From: an uncultured bacterium
Lineage (GTDB): Bacteria > Patescibacteriota > Minisyncoccia > Phycocordibacterales > Phycocordibacteraceae
DNA length: 64,000 nucleotides
NCBI GenBank assembly: GCA_947085985.1
Contig: CAMTYL010000003.1
Location: forward strand, 137,239-201,238
Direction: 5' to 3'
Shown: piece after piece, positions 1 to 9,491 of the stretch
How positions within the stretch are numbered: position 1 is the stretch's first letter
Layout: every line of letters starts with the position of its first letter
The notes under the pieces: generated by a model
The model's database searches: none
What the model was told of the DNA's origin: nothing
What the model saw: the letters and a program-made list of their open reading frames with translations, nothing else
Translations under genes and position numbers: made by a program

Positions 1-379
1 CCGACTCATGAATGATAATTGGAATGCGCAGTAGGTGTGCGGCAAGTACTACCGGCACACTCGCATAGCTTCCCTTTGATATGACAACGTCCGGATAAAT
101 ACGAAAGAGCGTGAAGAGTGCTACAAAAAAACCGTGCAGCGTGACAAATAGGTCGGTGAAGTTCTTTACGGTGAAGTAGCGGCGCATGCGTCCCGCTGGA
201 ATACGCACAAAGGTCAGGTTGCTGGCAAAGAGTGTCTGCTCGTCGTTGGGCTGGTCTGAAAGATAAAACATCTGTGGAGACACGAGTCTGCGTTCAAGGA
301 CGATTTCCTCTAGGGCTTCAGCTATCGCGATAAGCGGATAGAAGTGCCCCCCTGCAGCCCCCGTGAATACAACTTTCAT
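1..379 (-). CDS. murG: MurG (undecaprenyl-PP-MurNAc-pentapeptide GlcNAc transferase), N-terminal part only; the gene runs off the window start
   Basis: The reverse translation from the ATG at 377-379 reads MKVVFTGAAGGHFYPLIAIAEAL...RIPIIIHES. This matches the MurG N-terminal G-loop and HE(Q)N region. It sits immediately downstream of ftsW, as in dcw clusters. Confidence 0.6.
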   Translation of the reverse strand, partial: MKVVFTGAAGGHFYPLIAIAEALEEIVLERRLVSPQMFYLSDQPNDEQTLFASNLTFVRIPAGRMRRYFTVKNFTDLFVTLHGFFVALFTLFRIYPDVVISKGSYASVPVVLAAHLLRIPIIIHES

Positions 380-410
380 AGCCTAAGTATTTGGTATTTT
401 ACCACACAAG

Positions 411-1526
411 CTAGGCGTGCGCTTTACGCTTTGGCCGATGCGCAGCTACGTTCAAAATGATGCCCACTGAGGCAAGTGCCGCTAGAAGGGCCGTTCCTCC
501 GTGAGACACAAATGGGAGCGGAAGGCCGGTGAGCGGCATGATGCCAAGCATGGCGCCAATGTTCATAAATGCTGACACGGTTATAAGGAGCGTGAGACCG
601 GTCGCGGCAAGTGAGCCGAAACTAGTAGCAGCACCCGCCGCAATAGCGAATCCGCGCGCAGCAAACCCTGTAAACAAAAGCACGAGAATCACGGTACCGA
701 TGAAGCCAAACTCCTCTGCGTATACGGCAAATACCGAGTCCCCCACCGGCTCTGGCAGGTAGTTAAACTTTTGCACGCTTTGCCCAAACCCGCGCCCCAT
801 CATGCCACCCGACCCGACCGCAATGAGAGACTGCTGAATCTGGTACCCCGTTGAAAGCGAGTTCAGTTCAGGATTAAAGAATGTCTGCACTCGATTCATC
901 AGGTACGGACGGGTAGCAACGAGCGCGCCTGCCCCAATAACTGCGATGCAGAGCAAAATCGCAAAGTCACGCAGCGGAGCACCTGCAACAAAGTAGAGTG
1001 CTGCCGCCGTAAATCCAATGACAAGGGTTGTGGAGGTGTTTGGCTGCGCCAAAAGTAACAGCGCAGGAACCCCTACAATCACGCAGAACCCAAGTAGGCC
1101 GTAGCGCATATCTGAGAGCTTCGTGCGCATCTTTGCCAGATACGCCGCCAACATGAGAATAGTTGCTATTTTCAGAAACTCCGCAGGCTGCACCGTGAAC
1201 GGGCCAATAGCTATCCAGCGCGAGGCGCCATTTGCATGGTGGCCAATGCCCGGAACAAACACCAGGACTGTCGCAAGGAGCGCAAGCACAAACACCGGCA
1301 CCACCGCCTTCTCAATCCACGCAGGGGGCGCAAAGCGGAGAAACACGAGCGCTAGTAAGCCAGGTACAAGACCGAGCGCTAGCTGGGTGAGCGCAATATG
1401 GCCAATAGAGCCTCCTTCTCGCGCAAGGAGTCCAAGAGCTGCTGAGAAAAATACGCTTGTACCCCCCACAACGAGAATCGCCACAATAAGGGCGAATATT
1501 CTATCTCCAAAAAATTTTGATGACAT
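411..1526 (-). CDS. ftsW: FtsW/RodA/SpoVE-family lipid II flippase / peptidoglycan glycosyltransferase
   Basis: 371 aa polytopic membrane protein with the SEDS-family C-terminal motif ...PLPFVSHGGTALLAALASVGIILNV. It lies between mraY and murG. Confidence 0.75.
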   Translation of the reverse strand: MSSKFFGDRIFALIVAILVVGGTSVFFSAALGLLAREGGSIGHIALTQLALGLVPGLLALVFLRFAPPAWIEKAVVPVFVLALLATVLVFVPGIGHHANGASRWIAIGPFTVQPAEFLKIATILMLAAYLAKMRTKLSDMRYGLLGFCVIVGVPALLLLAQPNTSTTLVIGFTAAALYFVAGAPLRDFAILLCIAVIGAGALVATRPYLMNRVQTFFNPELNSLSTGYQIQQSLIAVGSGGMMGRGFGQSVQKFNYLPEPVGDSVFAVYAEEFGFIGTVILVLLFTGFAARGFAIAAGAATSFGSLAATGLTLLITVSAFMNIGAMLGIMPLTGLPLPFVSHGGTALLAALASVGIILNVAAHRPKRKAHA

Positions 1527-1589
1527 GGTTCCCCTCTATTCTAGCGCACCAACCGCAGTTCCCTTCCCTTCTACGTATGGATTGTGTCT

Positions 1590-2651
1590 CTATTTCAAAA
1601 GAGCGATAGCAAGGCCCATAATTCCCGCGATGATGGTGATGACCCAGTAGCGCATAGTCACCTTGTAGGCAGGCCAGCCAATAGCTTCAAAATGATGGTG
1701 AATAGGTGCAATACGGAACAACTTCTTCTTGAACACTTTCTTAGACACTGTCTGCATAATGCTGGTAATCACCGTGACGGTGAGTGGAAGCGCAATAATA
1801 GGAAGTACGGCCACCCCTACCCCGTCGCCAAGTACGTCTGCGGAGAATGCGGTGACCGCGAGCGCCATCGTGAGCGCCATGGTGCCCGTTTCAGAGAGAT
1901 AGAAACGTGCAGGTGGAATATTGAACCAAAGGAAGGCAAAGAGTGCGCCCGCAACCGTTGCGGCGAAGGCAGCAAGCGCAATCTGGTTCTGTGCAAAGGC
2001 AATACCCGCGTACGTCATAAAAATGAACGCGAAGACACCCCCCGCCAGTCCATCAATGCCATCAATGACTCCGCCCGCGTAAAGAGCAAGTGCTACCAGT
2101 ATGAAAAAGGGAACAAAGAACCAGCCAAGCGCAATAGTTCCGACAAACGGAATGCCTACGGCGGCCACACCGAGCTTTGCGAAGAACCACCACCCTATAA
2201 ACCCGGAGAGAGTGGCAACCACTGCAAGGCGCCAGCGCAAGCGTAGGCCGCCCGAGCTCTTAGTAATTTCAAGCACGTCATCAATTGCACCGAAGAACGC
2301 ACCAACCATAAGTGCAAAAAGTGGCAGCCACGTTTGTCCACGATTCACAAAGTCAAACTGCGCCACGCTTTCACCAAAGACGCTGCCAAGAACAAGAAGC
2401 AGACCAGCCGTTATCGCCACCGAGCCCCACACGAGTATGCCGCCCATACGAGGGGTGGAGACTTCGCGCTCCTTATGAAGCTCGTCAAAAAGCGGAGTGC
2501 CTGCGTCGTCTCCCATTCCCTTCCCTTTCCCACCCTTCTTCTTCCATGCACGGAATGTGTAGAGGTGGTGCGCGAGTACCGGTGCTAGCCCGATACCAAT
2601 AACGAAGGCAATGACAGAGGGAATTAGGACTCGCGCGGCATCAAGAAGCAT
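1590..2651 (-). CDS. mraY: Phospho-N-acetylmuramoyl-pentapeptide transferase MraY
   Basis: 353 aa, multi-TM, with the PIHHHFE motif and the GIDGLAGG loop. Confidence 0.85.
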   Translation of the reverse strand: MLLDAARVLIPSVIAFVIGIGLAPVLAHHLYTFRAWKKKGGKGKGMGDDAGTPLFDELHKEREVSTPRMGGILVWGSVAITAGLLLVLGSVFGESVAQFDFVNRGQTWLPLFALMVGAFFGAIDDVLEITKSSGGLRLRWRLAVVATLSGFIGWWFFAKLGVAAVGIPFVGTIALGWFFVPFFILVALALYAGGVIDGIDGLAGGVFAFIFMTYAGIAFAQNQIALAAFAATVAGALFAFLWFNIPPARFYLSETGTMALTMALAVTAFSADVLGDGVGVAVLPIIALPLTVTVITSIMQTVSKKVFKKKLFRIAPIHHHFEAIGWPAYKVTMRYWVITIIAGIMGLAIALLK

Positions 2652-2657
2652 AAAGTA

Positions 2658-3644
2658 TTACGGGGCAGACGTGTAAGGAATGCCGGCAAAATGATTGCGA
2701 GTGAGCGAAAGCAGCTTTGAGACGTCGGAGAATCTGCCTTCCACAGAAGAACCAAGCACGACGATAGCCACTGGGTGACCAATGCCCGCGTCGTACACAA
2801 TGGCAAGGTTGCCCCCCGCCAGGTCTGTATAGCCTGTTTTTGATAGGAGTAAGTTTGGTACACGAGCGGCGCCCTGGTTAGTGTTCTTGAGCGTGTGGGT
2901 AACACCTGCCTTAGAAGATACGCTCACACTATGTTCTGCAGTAGCGCGCGCAATATCTGGAGCAACAGCAACGAGTGCGCCCGCCAACTGAGCCACATCG
3001 TATGCGGAGCCGTACCCCCCTGAGAGCGTCGTGTTTACATCAAGGCCAGTTCCATTTACTGCGTAGGTTTGAGGAAGACCCAGTGCAGAGGCCGCTGAAG
3101 CCATAAGGTTCTTCTTGCTTGTCGCTGCCTTTGCTTCCGCAGCTTCCGTAATAGCAGCAGCAGCGTCGTTAGACGAGGCAACGAGCGCGAGCTTTGCTGC
3201 GCTTGCGAGCGTGAACTGTTCGCCTATGGAAAACCCACTCTCACCCTCCACCGCTTCAGCTGATGCAGTGATAGTGACCGTGCCATCCTCTCCGAGTGTC
3301 GTGGCGCCAACATATGCAGTGAGCAGCTTAGTAAGTGACGCGAGGGGAAGCTGCGCTTTAGCGTTCTTTTGGAACAGCACTTCATTGGTGGAGAGGTCGT
3401 ACACAATCGCAGCCCTCCCTTCAATTCGTGTGGACCCGTACGCGTCCACAGGGGCTACTGTTACAACTTCAGGCTCAGTGACGGCAATCCCCTTTTCTTC
3501 CCTTGGTAGCAAGGGCGAGACGAGTACCAGCAGGCCGAGCACCGCTGAGCCCGCGATAATAACGCGTGCAGCCTGGCGCTCTTTGTTGCGCTTATCAAGC
3601 TTTTGTATGAGCACTTTTAAATCAGGATACTGAGCGGGCTTCAT
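2658..3644 (-). CDS. D-alanyl-D-alanine carboxypeptidase (S11 / PBP5-like serine peptidase)
   Basis: N-terminal TM anchor, SxxK (ASLTKLL), SxN (SSND) and KTG (SKTGYT) motifs. Confidence 0.65.
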   Translation of the reverse strand: MKPAQYPDLKVLIQKLDKRNKERQAARVIIAGSAVLGLLVLVSPLLPREEKGIAVTEPEVVTVAPVDAYGSTRIEGRAAIVYDLSTNEVLFQKNAKAQLPLASLTKLLTAYVGATTLGEDGTVTITASAEAVEGESGFSIGEQFTLASAAKLALVASSNDAAAAITEAAEAKAATSKKNLMASAASALGLPQTYAVNGTGLDVNTTLSGGYGSAYDVAQLAGALVAVAPDIARATAEHSVSVSSKAGVTHTLKNTNQGAARVPNLLLSKTGYTDLAGGNLAIVYDAGIGHPVAIVVLGSSVEGRFSDVSKLLSLTRNHFAGIPYTSAP

Positions 3645-4195
3645 ACGTCTGTTTCTGCTAACTCCTTACGTGCCTCCCCTTCGGCTATCGCTCCTGCAAG
3701 CTCACTGTAGCGCGGCAAATCCTCTCGGCGGCTCACGCCAAGGTGTGCGAGCGCGTCCACGGTAGCGCGGTAGCGTGCGCGTCGCTTGTCTGCCTCGTCT
3801 TCGCCGCGCTCAATGAGTCCACGAAGCAGAAGTGCACGAAGTGCGGCTGCAGAGTTAACCCCACGTACCCAATCAATGTCGGTGCGTGTTGCCGTGCCTC
3901 GGTACAAAATAATGGCGAGTGTTTCTAGGGACGCCTTTCCAAGGTCGCGTGAGAGCTCGCTCTCTCGTAGCTTCTTCACGATGTCTGCTGCCCACGGGCT
4001 GGTACGAAGCTCCAGCTCTGATTCTGTTTCAACGACGGCCAGACCGCGCGCTGCAAGCGAAACTACCAAATCATCCACGGCAAGCACGAGGGTGTGTGCA
4101 GAAAAATCCAGCAGAGCGCATATCTGCTTTTTGGTAAGCGGGCCCCCTTCTGCAAACAAGAGTGCTTCCAGCTGTGCCGAAGGAGAAAGTGTCAT
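3641..4195 (-). CDS. scpB: Segregation and condensation protein B (ScpB)
   Basis: SPSAQLEALLFAEGGPLTKKQICALL... is typical of the ScpB winged-helix N-terminus. It follows scpA. The start was trimmed to the internal Met to avoid overlap. Confidence 0.7.
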   Translation of the reverse strand: MTLSPSAQLEALLFAEGGPLTKKQICALLDFSAHTLVLAVDDLVVSLAARGLAVVETESELELRTSPWAADIVKKLRESELSRDLGKASLETLAIILYRGTATRTDIDWVRGVNSAAALRALLLRGLIERGEDEADKRRARYRATVDALAHLGVSRREDLPRYSELAGAIAEGEARKELAETDV

Positions 4196-4257
4196 AGGTA
4201 GATATAGAATACCGCACAGACCAAGGCTACGGAACCCGCCCACATGGGGACGCGGGG

Positions 4258-5025
4258 CTAGCCGTAGTGCGGCACAGAACTGCTCGTATTGGTAATACGT
4301 ATGTCAGAGAAGCTCTCGTGCTGAAGTGCGTCCACCGCGCCCTGCTTCACCAGTTCAAGAAGTGCGAGAAACGACACAATAACTTCAACACGTTCAACCT
4401 TGTCTCCAGAGAAATCCTTGAATGAAAGCGTCATTGCTTTCTGTACCCGCGTGAGTAGTGTATCCATCACTTCCTCAATAGAAATGAGAGTACGCACTTT
4501 TGCTTCAGGGAGTTTTTCCTGCGCCTTTTCAAGTGCTGCAAGTGCGGTAGCAAGCGCAAGCTCAAGACCAGGTACGGTGAGGTCGCGAGACGGAGCAAAG
4601 AACGGCTCGGGCACTCGCTCGCCAGCGGACACCATCACCTGCTTTCCAAAGAGTCTTGTAAGTTCGCGGGAGCATTCGCGCACACGCTCGTACTCTGCGA
4701 GTCGCTTCTTAAGGTCGTCCACATCCTCCTCTTCTTCTCCCGAGAGTTCAAGTTCTGGAATGAGTGACCTTGATTTAATAAGTAGGAGCGTGGCCGCTGT
4801 ACCAATAAAGTGCGCAGCTTCTTCCATGGGAAACTGCCCTTGCCCGCGCACAAACTGAATGTAGTCGTCGGTCACCTGTGCGAGCGACAACTCGTTCACT
4901 GAGAGCTTTCGCTTTTCAATCAAATCTAGAATCAATTCAAACGGACCTTCGTAGGTTGAGGTACGTATGGTGTAGCTCTGCTGTTGCTGAGAAGGAGGCA
5001 TATCTATCTTATGAGTATAGTACAA
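4258..5025 (-). CDS. scpA: Segregation and condensation protein A (ScpA kleisin)
   Basis: FEGPFELILDLIEKRKLSVNELSLAQVTDDYIQFV is the ScpA N-terminal signature. It is paired with scpB. Confidence 0.75.
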   Translation of the reverse strand: MYYTHKIDMPPSQQQQSYTIRTSTYEGPFELILDLIEKRKLSVNELSLAQVTDDYIQFVRGQGQFPMEEAAHFIGTAATLLLIKSRSLIPELELSGEEEEDVDDLKKRLAEYERVRECSRELTRLFGKQVMVSAGERVPEPFFAPSRDLTVPGLELALATALAALEKAQEKLPEAKVRTLISIEEVMDTLLTRVQKAMTLSFKDFSGDKVERVEVIVSFLALLELVKQGAVDALQHESFSDIRITNTSSSVPHYG

Positions 5026-5101
5026 AAAAACTGAGAGAAGGTGCGGATGAAGTGTTCTCTGAGTGCGTCAATCACTAGACCTCACGCACGAACTACCTTT
5101 T

Positions 5102-5147
5102 AAAGCAATCAAAACACTACCATATATGGTAGTGTTTTGATTGCTTT
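5102..5147. repeat. Perfect 46-nt palindrome (23-bp arms, no spacer) in the pepA-scpA intergenic region
   Basis: aaagcaatcaaaacactaccata|tatggtagtgttttgattgcttt is an exact inverted repeat. It has no clear U-tract on either strand. Confidence 0.8.
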
Positions 5148-5175
5148 AGTTTGCATAATTACACGCGAGGCTCGG

Positions 5176-6615
5176 CTACTTCTGCCACGATTCTATAAAT
5201 GTATATAGCAGTCGTACTGGTTCCCCAGCCGCACCCTTGGCAAGCTCGTCGCCAGGAGCGCTCGTCATGCGAGGAGCAATGTCCAAGTGTGCCCACGGAC
5301 ACCCAAGCTCCTTTGCAAACTGCCAGAGGAACATGCCGCCATTAGTAGCGCTCGCGTAGCGACCAGCTCCTCCTGATACGGAGTTAGCAACATCGGCAAC
5401 ACCACTTTTTACCGAATCCTCGTACACGTCCCACATAGGAAGACGCCAGAGGTAGTCCCCCGCTGTTTCAGAAAGTGTCAGAAGCTGATCGGCGAGTTTG
5501 TCGTCACGCGTCAACAGTCCGCTTGCGTACAGGCCAAGTGCTGAAAGCGAACCGCCGGTAAGCGTTGCCACATCAATCACTACAGAAGGAGCGAGACGCT
5601 TTGCATAGGTGAGTGCGTCAGCAAGTACGAGGCGCCCCTCTGCGTCGGTATTAATCACCTCAATAGTCTTGCCAGAAAGTGAGGTGAGAATGTCGTGCGG
5701 ACGTAGTGAATTGCCACCCGGCATATTCTCTGCAGCAGGGATAAGTCCGATGACGTGCTTCTCACTCTTCAGCTTAGCTGCAAGCGCAACAGCATGTATG
5801 ACAGAGGCAGCACCCGACATATCCATGTGCATTTCGTGCCCGTCGCCGTTCTTTAGGTTGATGCCTCCCGAGTCAAAGGTGATGCCTTTTCCAGCAAGCA
5901 CAATTGGCCCGCCTCGACTCGCCTTCTTCGGCGAGGCGGGCCGACCTGCCCCACCCTTGTACTCAAGAATGGTAAAAGTCGGCGCCTCTACCGAGCCCCG
6001 ACCCACCCCAAGAATTGCCCCCATACCGAGCTTTTTCATCTCGGGTACTCCCAGAGTGAGCACCGTCACGGGAAGGCCCGCTACGGCCAATTTAGCCGCC
6101 TTGGCGAGGCTTTTAGGGGTCATATCGCCGCCTGGCGTGTTCGCGAGCTCGCGGCAAGCATTTACTTCCTCACCTATCACCTGCCCCTTCTTAAACCCAC
6201 CCTGAACAGCCTTCGAAGTTGCTCCGCAGATGCATACGTCGGTGACTCCACGGAATCCGTCTTTGGGCTCCGTCTTGTACGTAGTGAACTCGTAGGTCGC
6301 CATTAGCAAGTTCTGCGCAATGAGCGAGGCGAGGTCGGGCGCCTCTATACTTTTCAGTTTTGGAAACACAGCGAGTGGAAAATCAAAAGCAATTTTCTTT
6401 ACGCGCTCCTTCTTTGCAGTTTGTGCAATAGAGCGCACGAGTGGCACAAAGGTGCGTAGTGCTATCTCGCTTCGCTTACCTGTTCCTATTTCCAAATATA
6501 CTTCACTCCCTTCGCGCACGAGGCGGCGCGTTCCCTTTTGGTCTTCGGTGAGTCGTACACGGGTGAATCCCTTCGGTGCTTTGGTAAGAGGCCCGCTCGT
6601 GAACGTGAACTTCAT
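5176..6615 (-). CDS. pepA: Leucyl aminopeptidase (M17 family)
   Basis: NTDAEGRLVLADAL active-site signature and M17 C-terminal domain; 479 aa. Confidence 0.85.
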   Translation of the reverse strand: MKFTFTSGPLTKAPKGFTRVRLTEDQKGTRRLVREGSEVYLEIGTGKRSEIALRTFVPLVRSIAQTAKKERVKKIAFDFPLAVFPKLKSIEAPDLASLIAQNLLMATYEFTTYKTEPKDGFRGVTDVCICGATSKAVQGGFKKGQVIGEEVNACRELANTPGGDMTPKSLAKAAKLAVAGLPVTVLTLGVPEMKKLGMGAILGVGRGSVEAPTFTILEYKGGAGRPASPKKASRGGPIVLAGKGITFDSGGINLKNGDGHEMHMDMSGAASVIHAVALAAKLKSEKHVIGLIPAAENMPGGNSLRPHDILTSLSGKTIEVINTDAEGRLVLADALTYAKRLAPSVVIDVATLTGGSLSALGLYASGLLTRDDKLADQLLTLSETAGDYLWRLPMWDVYEDSVKSGVADVANSVSGGAGRYASATNGGMFLWQFAKELGCPWAHLDIAPRMTSAPGDELAKGAAGEPVRLLYTFIESWQK

Positions 6616-6617
6616 AG

Positions 6618-7937
6618 TTATTCGGTTGGTGTGTCTGCTGATAGTCGGGTATCAATGCGGTTCATGTCGCGTGGGAATGCTGATGCTTCTTTGACGTTCG
6701 CGAGCTCGAGCATGCGTCCAGTGAGACGCTCAAGTCCGGTAGAGCAGCCTCCGTGCGGTGGTATGCCGTACTTGAAGGCCTGAAGGTAGAAGGAGAACTT
6801 CTTTGGATCCATGCCGCGATTTTCAATACGCGCGACCATTTCGTCGTAGTCGTGAATGCGCTGCGCACCACTGTTGATTTCCAGTCCGCGGAAGAGAAGG
6901 TCAAACCCGCGACTAAGTACAGGTCCGTCGCTCATGGTGTAAAAAGCACGAGACGCTACGGGGAATTTCGTTATGAATACAAAGTCGGAGCCGTGTTCTT
7001 TCTTTGCCCACTCGCAAATGTTGCGCTCGTGCTCTGGCTCCATGTCGTCTGCAGGTTCAACGCCAAGGATTTCATGCGCTTGCGCAAGTGTCAGCACCGG
7101 AAACTTTTCTCCAAGAAGCGGCACGCTTGTGCCAAGGCGTGGGAATACATCAGCATGCTTTTGCGCAACAGTATTTACGACATCGCGAATGACGGTCTCC
7201 AGTACTTCCATGACATCGTGTTCGTCCTTTACAAATCCCATCTCAAAGTCCATCTGCGTAAGTTCAGAGAGGTGTCGGGTGGTTGCACTCTTCTCCGCAC
7301 GGAAGATTTTTGCAATGGTGTAGGCGCGCTCAAAGGCGCCCACCATAATTTGCTTGTAGAGCTGGGGGCTGGTTGCAAGGTATGCGGTTTGGTCGTTGTA
7401 GTACTCCACCTTGAATACGGCTGAACCTCCCTCTGCATCACCCCCCACAAGTGCGGGCGCCTGGAAGTCCATGAAGCCTTGGCGTGCGAGCGAGTGCCGA
7501 TACGCCTCTACAATGGTTGCCTGCACGGTGAAGATATCGCGGTCGCGCTGGCTACGAAGCGTGTAGGGGCGGTAGTCAAAGCGAGTATCAATATTCAAAT
7601 CCGTATCCTTATCAAACGGAAGCTCAGCAGCCTTTGAAAGTATCTCAATACTAGTAACTTCAAGTTCAATGTTGCCGTTAACCTTGTCTGCTTGCACGTT
7701 TTTCTCCGGGCGCGCGTTCACGATTCCGGTGACGTTCACAACATACTCGTGACGCACGTCTTTGGCAGTTTCAAGCGCGGGAGAGTTCGGGAGCGTTACG
7801 CCCTGCACTACGCCCGAGCGGTCACGGAAATCAAAAAAGACCATTTTGCCCTGGTCGCGACGCACCTCAACAAAACCGCCAATAGTGACCGTTTCTCCAA
7901 TGTGTGCTCCAAGCTCCCCAATAAGTGTGCGTTCCAT
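6618..7937 (-). CDS. aspS: Aspartyl-tRNA synthetase, archaeal/non-discriminating type (class IIb)
   Basis: OB-fold N-terminus (GNIELEVTSIEIL). Class II motif 3 (...FKYGIPPHGGCSTGLERL). About 440 aa from the internal Met (MERTLIG). Confidence 0.7.
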   Translation of the reverse strand: MERTLIGELGAHIGETVTIGGFVEVRRDQGKMVFFDFRDRSGVVQGVTLPNSPALETAKDVRHEYVVNVTGIVNARPEKNVQADKVNGNIELEVTSIEILSKAAELPFDKDTDLNIDTRFDYRPYTLRSQRDRDIFTVQATIVEAYRHSLARQGFMDFQAPALVGGDAEGGSAVFKVEYYNDQTAYLATSPQLYKQIMVGAFERAYTIAKIFRAEKSATTRHLSELTQMDFEMGFVKDEHDVMEVLETVIRDVVNTVAQKHADVFPRLGTSVPLLGEKFPVLTLAQAHEILGVEPADDMEPEHERNICEWAKKEHGSDFVFITKFPVASRAFYTMSDGPVLSRGFDLLFRGLEINSGAQRIHDYDEMVARIENRGMDPKKFSFYLQAFKYGIPPHGGCSTGLERLTGRMLELANVKEASAFPRDMNRIDTRLSADTPTE

Positions 7938-8022
7938 ATAGCTATAAAATACCACGCCCCGCTGAGTTTTACCCAGCGGGGCGATTTGGGCGTTCTGCCC
8001 TGTTGTAAGATGGGCGCGACCT

Positions 8023-8349
8023 TCAGGCGGCTTCGGAAATAGCCGCACTTGCCGCAGCACCGGCGTCCTCCAGGAACTGGTCGGTGATGACCTTGAGCAG
8101 ACCGATCATGAGTAGTCGCTGGACCGGTTCTTCGTCGGCCATCTCTTGCACCAGTCTCACGGTGATCGTGAACAGCCCCGAGACGTCGAAGCTGTGGGTC
8201 AGCGTCTGGCGCTTGAACCCGAGTTCGTTGGTGAGGCAGATAATCAGCCCCTGCTGTTCGGCGAGTTTGAGCGGCCCGTTCTGAGCCGCCAAGTGTTCAA
8301 GGATGCGTTCGATGCTCGGCTCGTACGCGGCCTCAAGTTTTTCAGCCAT
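8023..8349 (-). CDS. Hypothetical small protein (108 aa) in a GC-elevated insert
   Basis: ORF with protein-like composition and local GC clearly above the flanks. No recognisable motif. Confidence 0.3.
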   Translation of the reverse strand: MAEKLEAAYEPSIERILEHLAAQNGPLKLAEQQGLIICLTNELGFKRQTLTHSFDVSGLFTITVRLVQEMADEEPVQRLLMIGLLKVITDQFLEDAGAAASAAISEAA

Positions 8350-8422
8350 TGGTGCCTCCCATTTCGTGTTGCCGGCGCGGCAACCCTGTGGCGATAGTAC
8401 AACCTTGTACTAATTGCGCAAT

Positions 8423-9376
8423 CTAGCGTACACCCACTGCCTTTCGTACCTGCTTCATTTTCTCTTCCGCTTTCTTGTTGGCCTTCTTACCCCCCTCGTT
8501 CAAAATCTTTAGAACCTTTTCTGGATTCTTCCCGAGTAGTTCATATCGCGCACGCATCGGTGCAATGAACGCGTCCAAATCTTCTACCAGCGCGTCTTTG
8601 AGCGCCTTGTAGCGTCCACGGTGCTCTTCATAGAGTGGCGCGAGTTGTTCCGCAGATTTCACCAGCTTGTGAATCGCGTACACGTTGGTTGGCACATCTC
8701 CGTCAGAGTCGGTGACAATACCCATAACTTTTTGAGTAATTTCTTCGCGGCTAGCGAACAGAGGAATGGTATTGCCGTAGCTCTTGCTCATCTTCTGCCC
8801 ATCTACTCCTGGCACAATAGCGACCTCGGGCACAATCATTTCTGCAGGAAGTCGGAACACTTCCTCATAGGTGCGGTTGAACTTCTCCGCAGCGTCACGC
8901 GCGTACTCTATGTGCTGCTTCTGGTCTTGCCCCACAGGCACCGTGGCCGTGTCGTAGAGCAGAATGTCGGCCGCCATCAGCATGGGGTAATTAAAGGTGC
9001 CCACGACAATTTCTTTATTCTTTGCTTCTGCGTCTTTAAAGGCGTGTGCGCGCATCAAGTACGGCATGGTGGTGATGGTGTCAAAAATCCACGCCAGTTC
9101 AGTGTGGGCAGAAACATCTGACTGCTTAAACATCACTGACTTCTTTGGGTCTATACCTATAGCCAAGAAGGTGCGAGCAAGCTCTAGCGTGAGTGCTCGC
9201 ATTTGCTCCCCATTCTGCACACTGTTGAGTGCGTGGTAGTCAGCAATCATAAAGAAGCACTCATGGGTGCCGCGATTCTGCATATCCACGAACTGCTTGA
9301 GTGCACCAAAATAGTTGCCAATGTGTGGCTCCCCTGTTGGCTTAATGCCAGAAAGTAGAATAGGCTTCTTGTTCAT
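8423..9376 (-). CDS. trpS: Tryptophanyl-tRNA synthetase (housekeeping copy)
   Basis: HIGH-region variant (KPTGEPHIGNYFGAL) and KMSKS; 317 aa class Ic. Confidence 0.85.
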   Translation of the reverse strand: MNKKPILLSGIKPTGEPHIGNYFGALKQFVDMQNRGTHECFFMIADYHALNSVQNGEQMRALTLELARTFLAIGIDPKKSVMFKQSDVSAHTELAWIFDTITTMPYLMRAHAFKDAEAKNKEIVVGTFNYPMLMAADILLYDTATVPVGQDQKQHIEYARDAAEKFNRTYEEVFRLPAEMIVPEVAIVPGVDGQKMSKSYGNTIPLFASREEITQKVMGIVTDSDGDVPTNVYAIHKLVKSAEQLAPLYEEHRGRYKALKDALVEDLDAFIAPMRARYELLGKNPEKVLKILNEGGKKANKKAEEKMKQVRKAVGVR

Positions 9377-9491
9377 GAAAATACGATAGCACGGCTCTGG
9401 TCAGGAATGTATGTGGGAACGCCGCCTCGCTTCTGCGGGGCGGCGCTTTCCTCATGTACTGCTTCGTCTGCAGCGATAGCCGCCAACTCGG

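Noticed and set aside
529-2478. Multiple plus-strand ORFs of 77-220 aa (e.g. 529..762, 1123..1650, 1584..2246, 2101..2478) inside ftsW and mraY
   Set aside because: They are antisense shadow ORFs within well-supported membrane-protein genes. Their translations are Arg/Ser/Pro-rich low-complexity sequence typical of GC-rich antisense frames.
9405-9432. Hairpin cgccgcc-N12-ggcggcg between trpS and the Rnk-like gene as a regulatory element of trpS
   Set aside because: On the minus strand it is followed by a short U-rich run and lies just downstream of the Rnk-like stop. It is more simply its terminator, and was kept only as a boundary marker of the high-GC insert.
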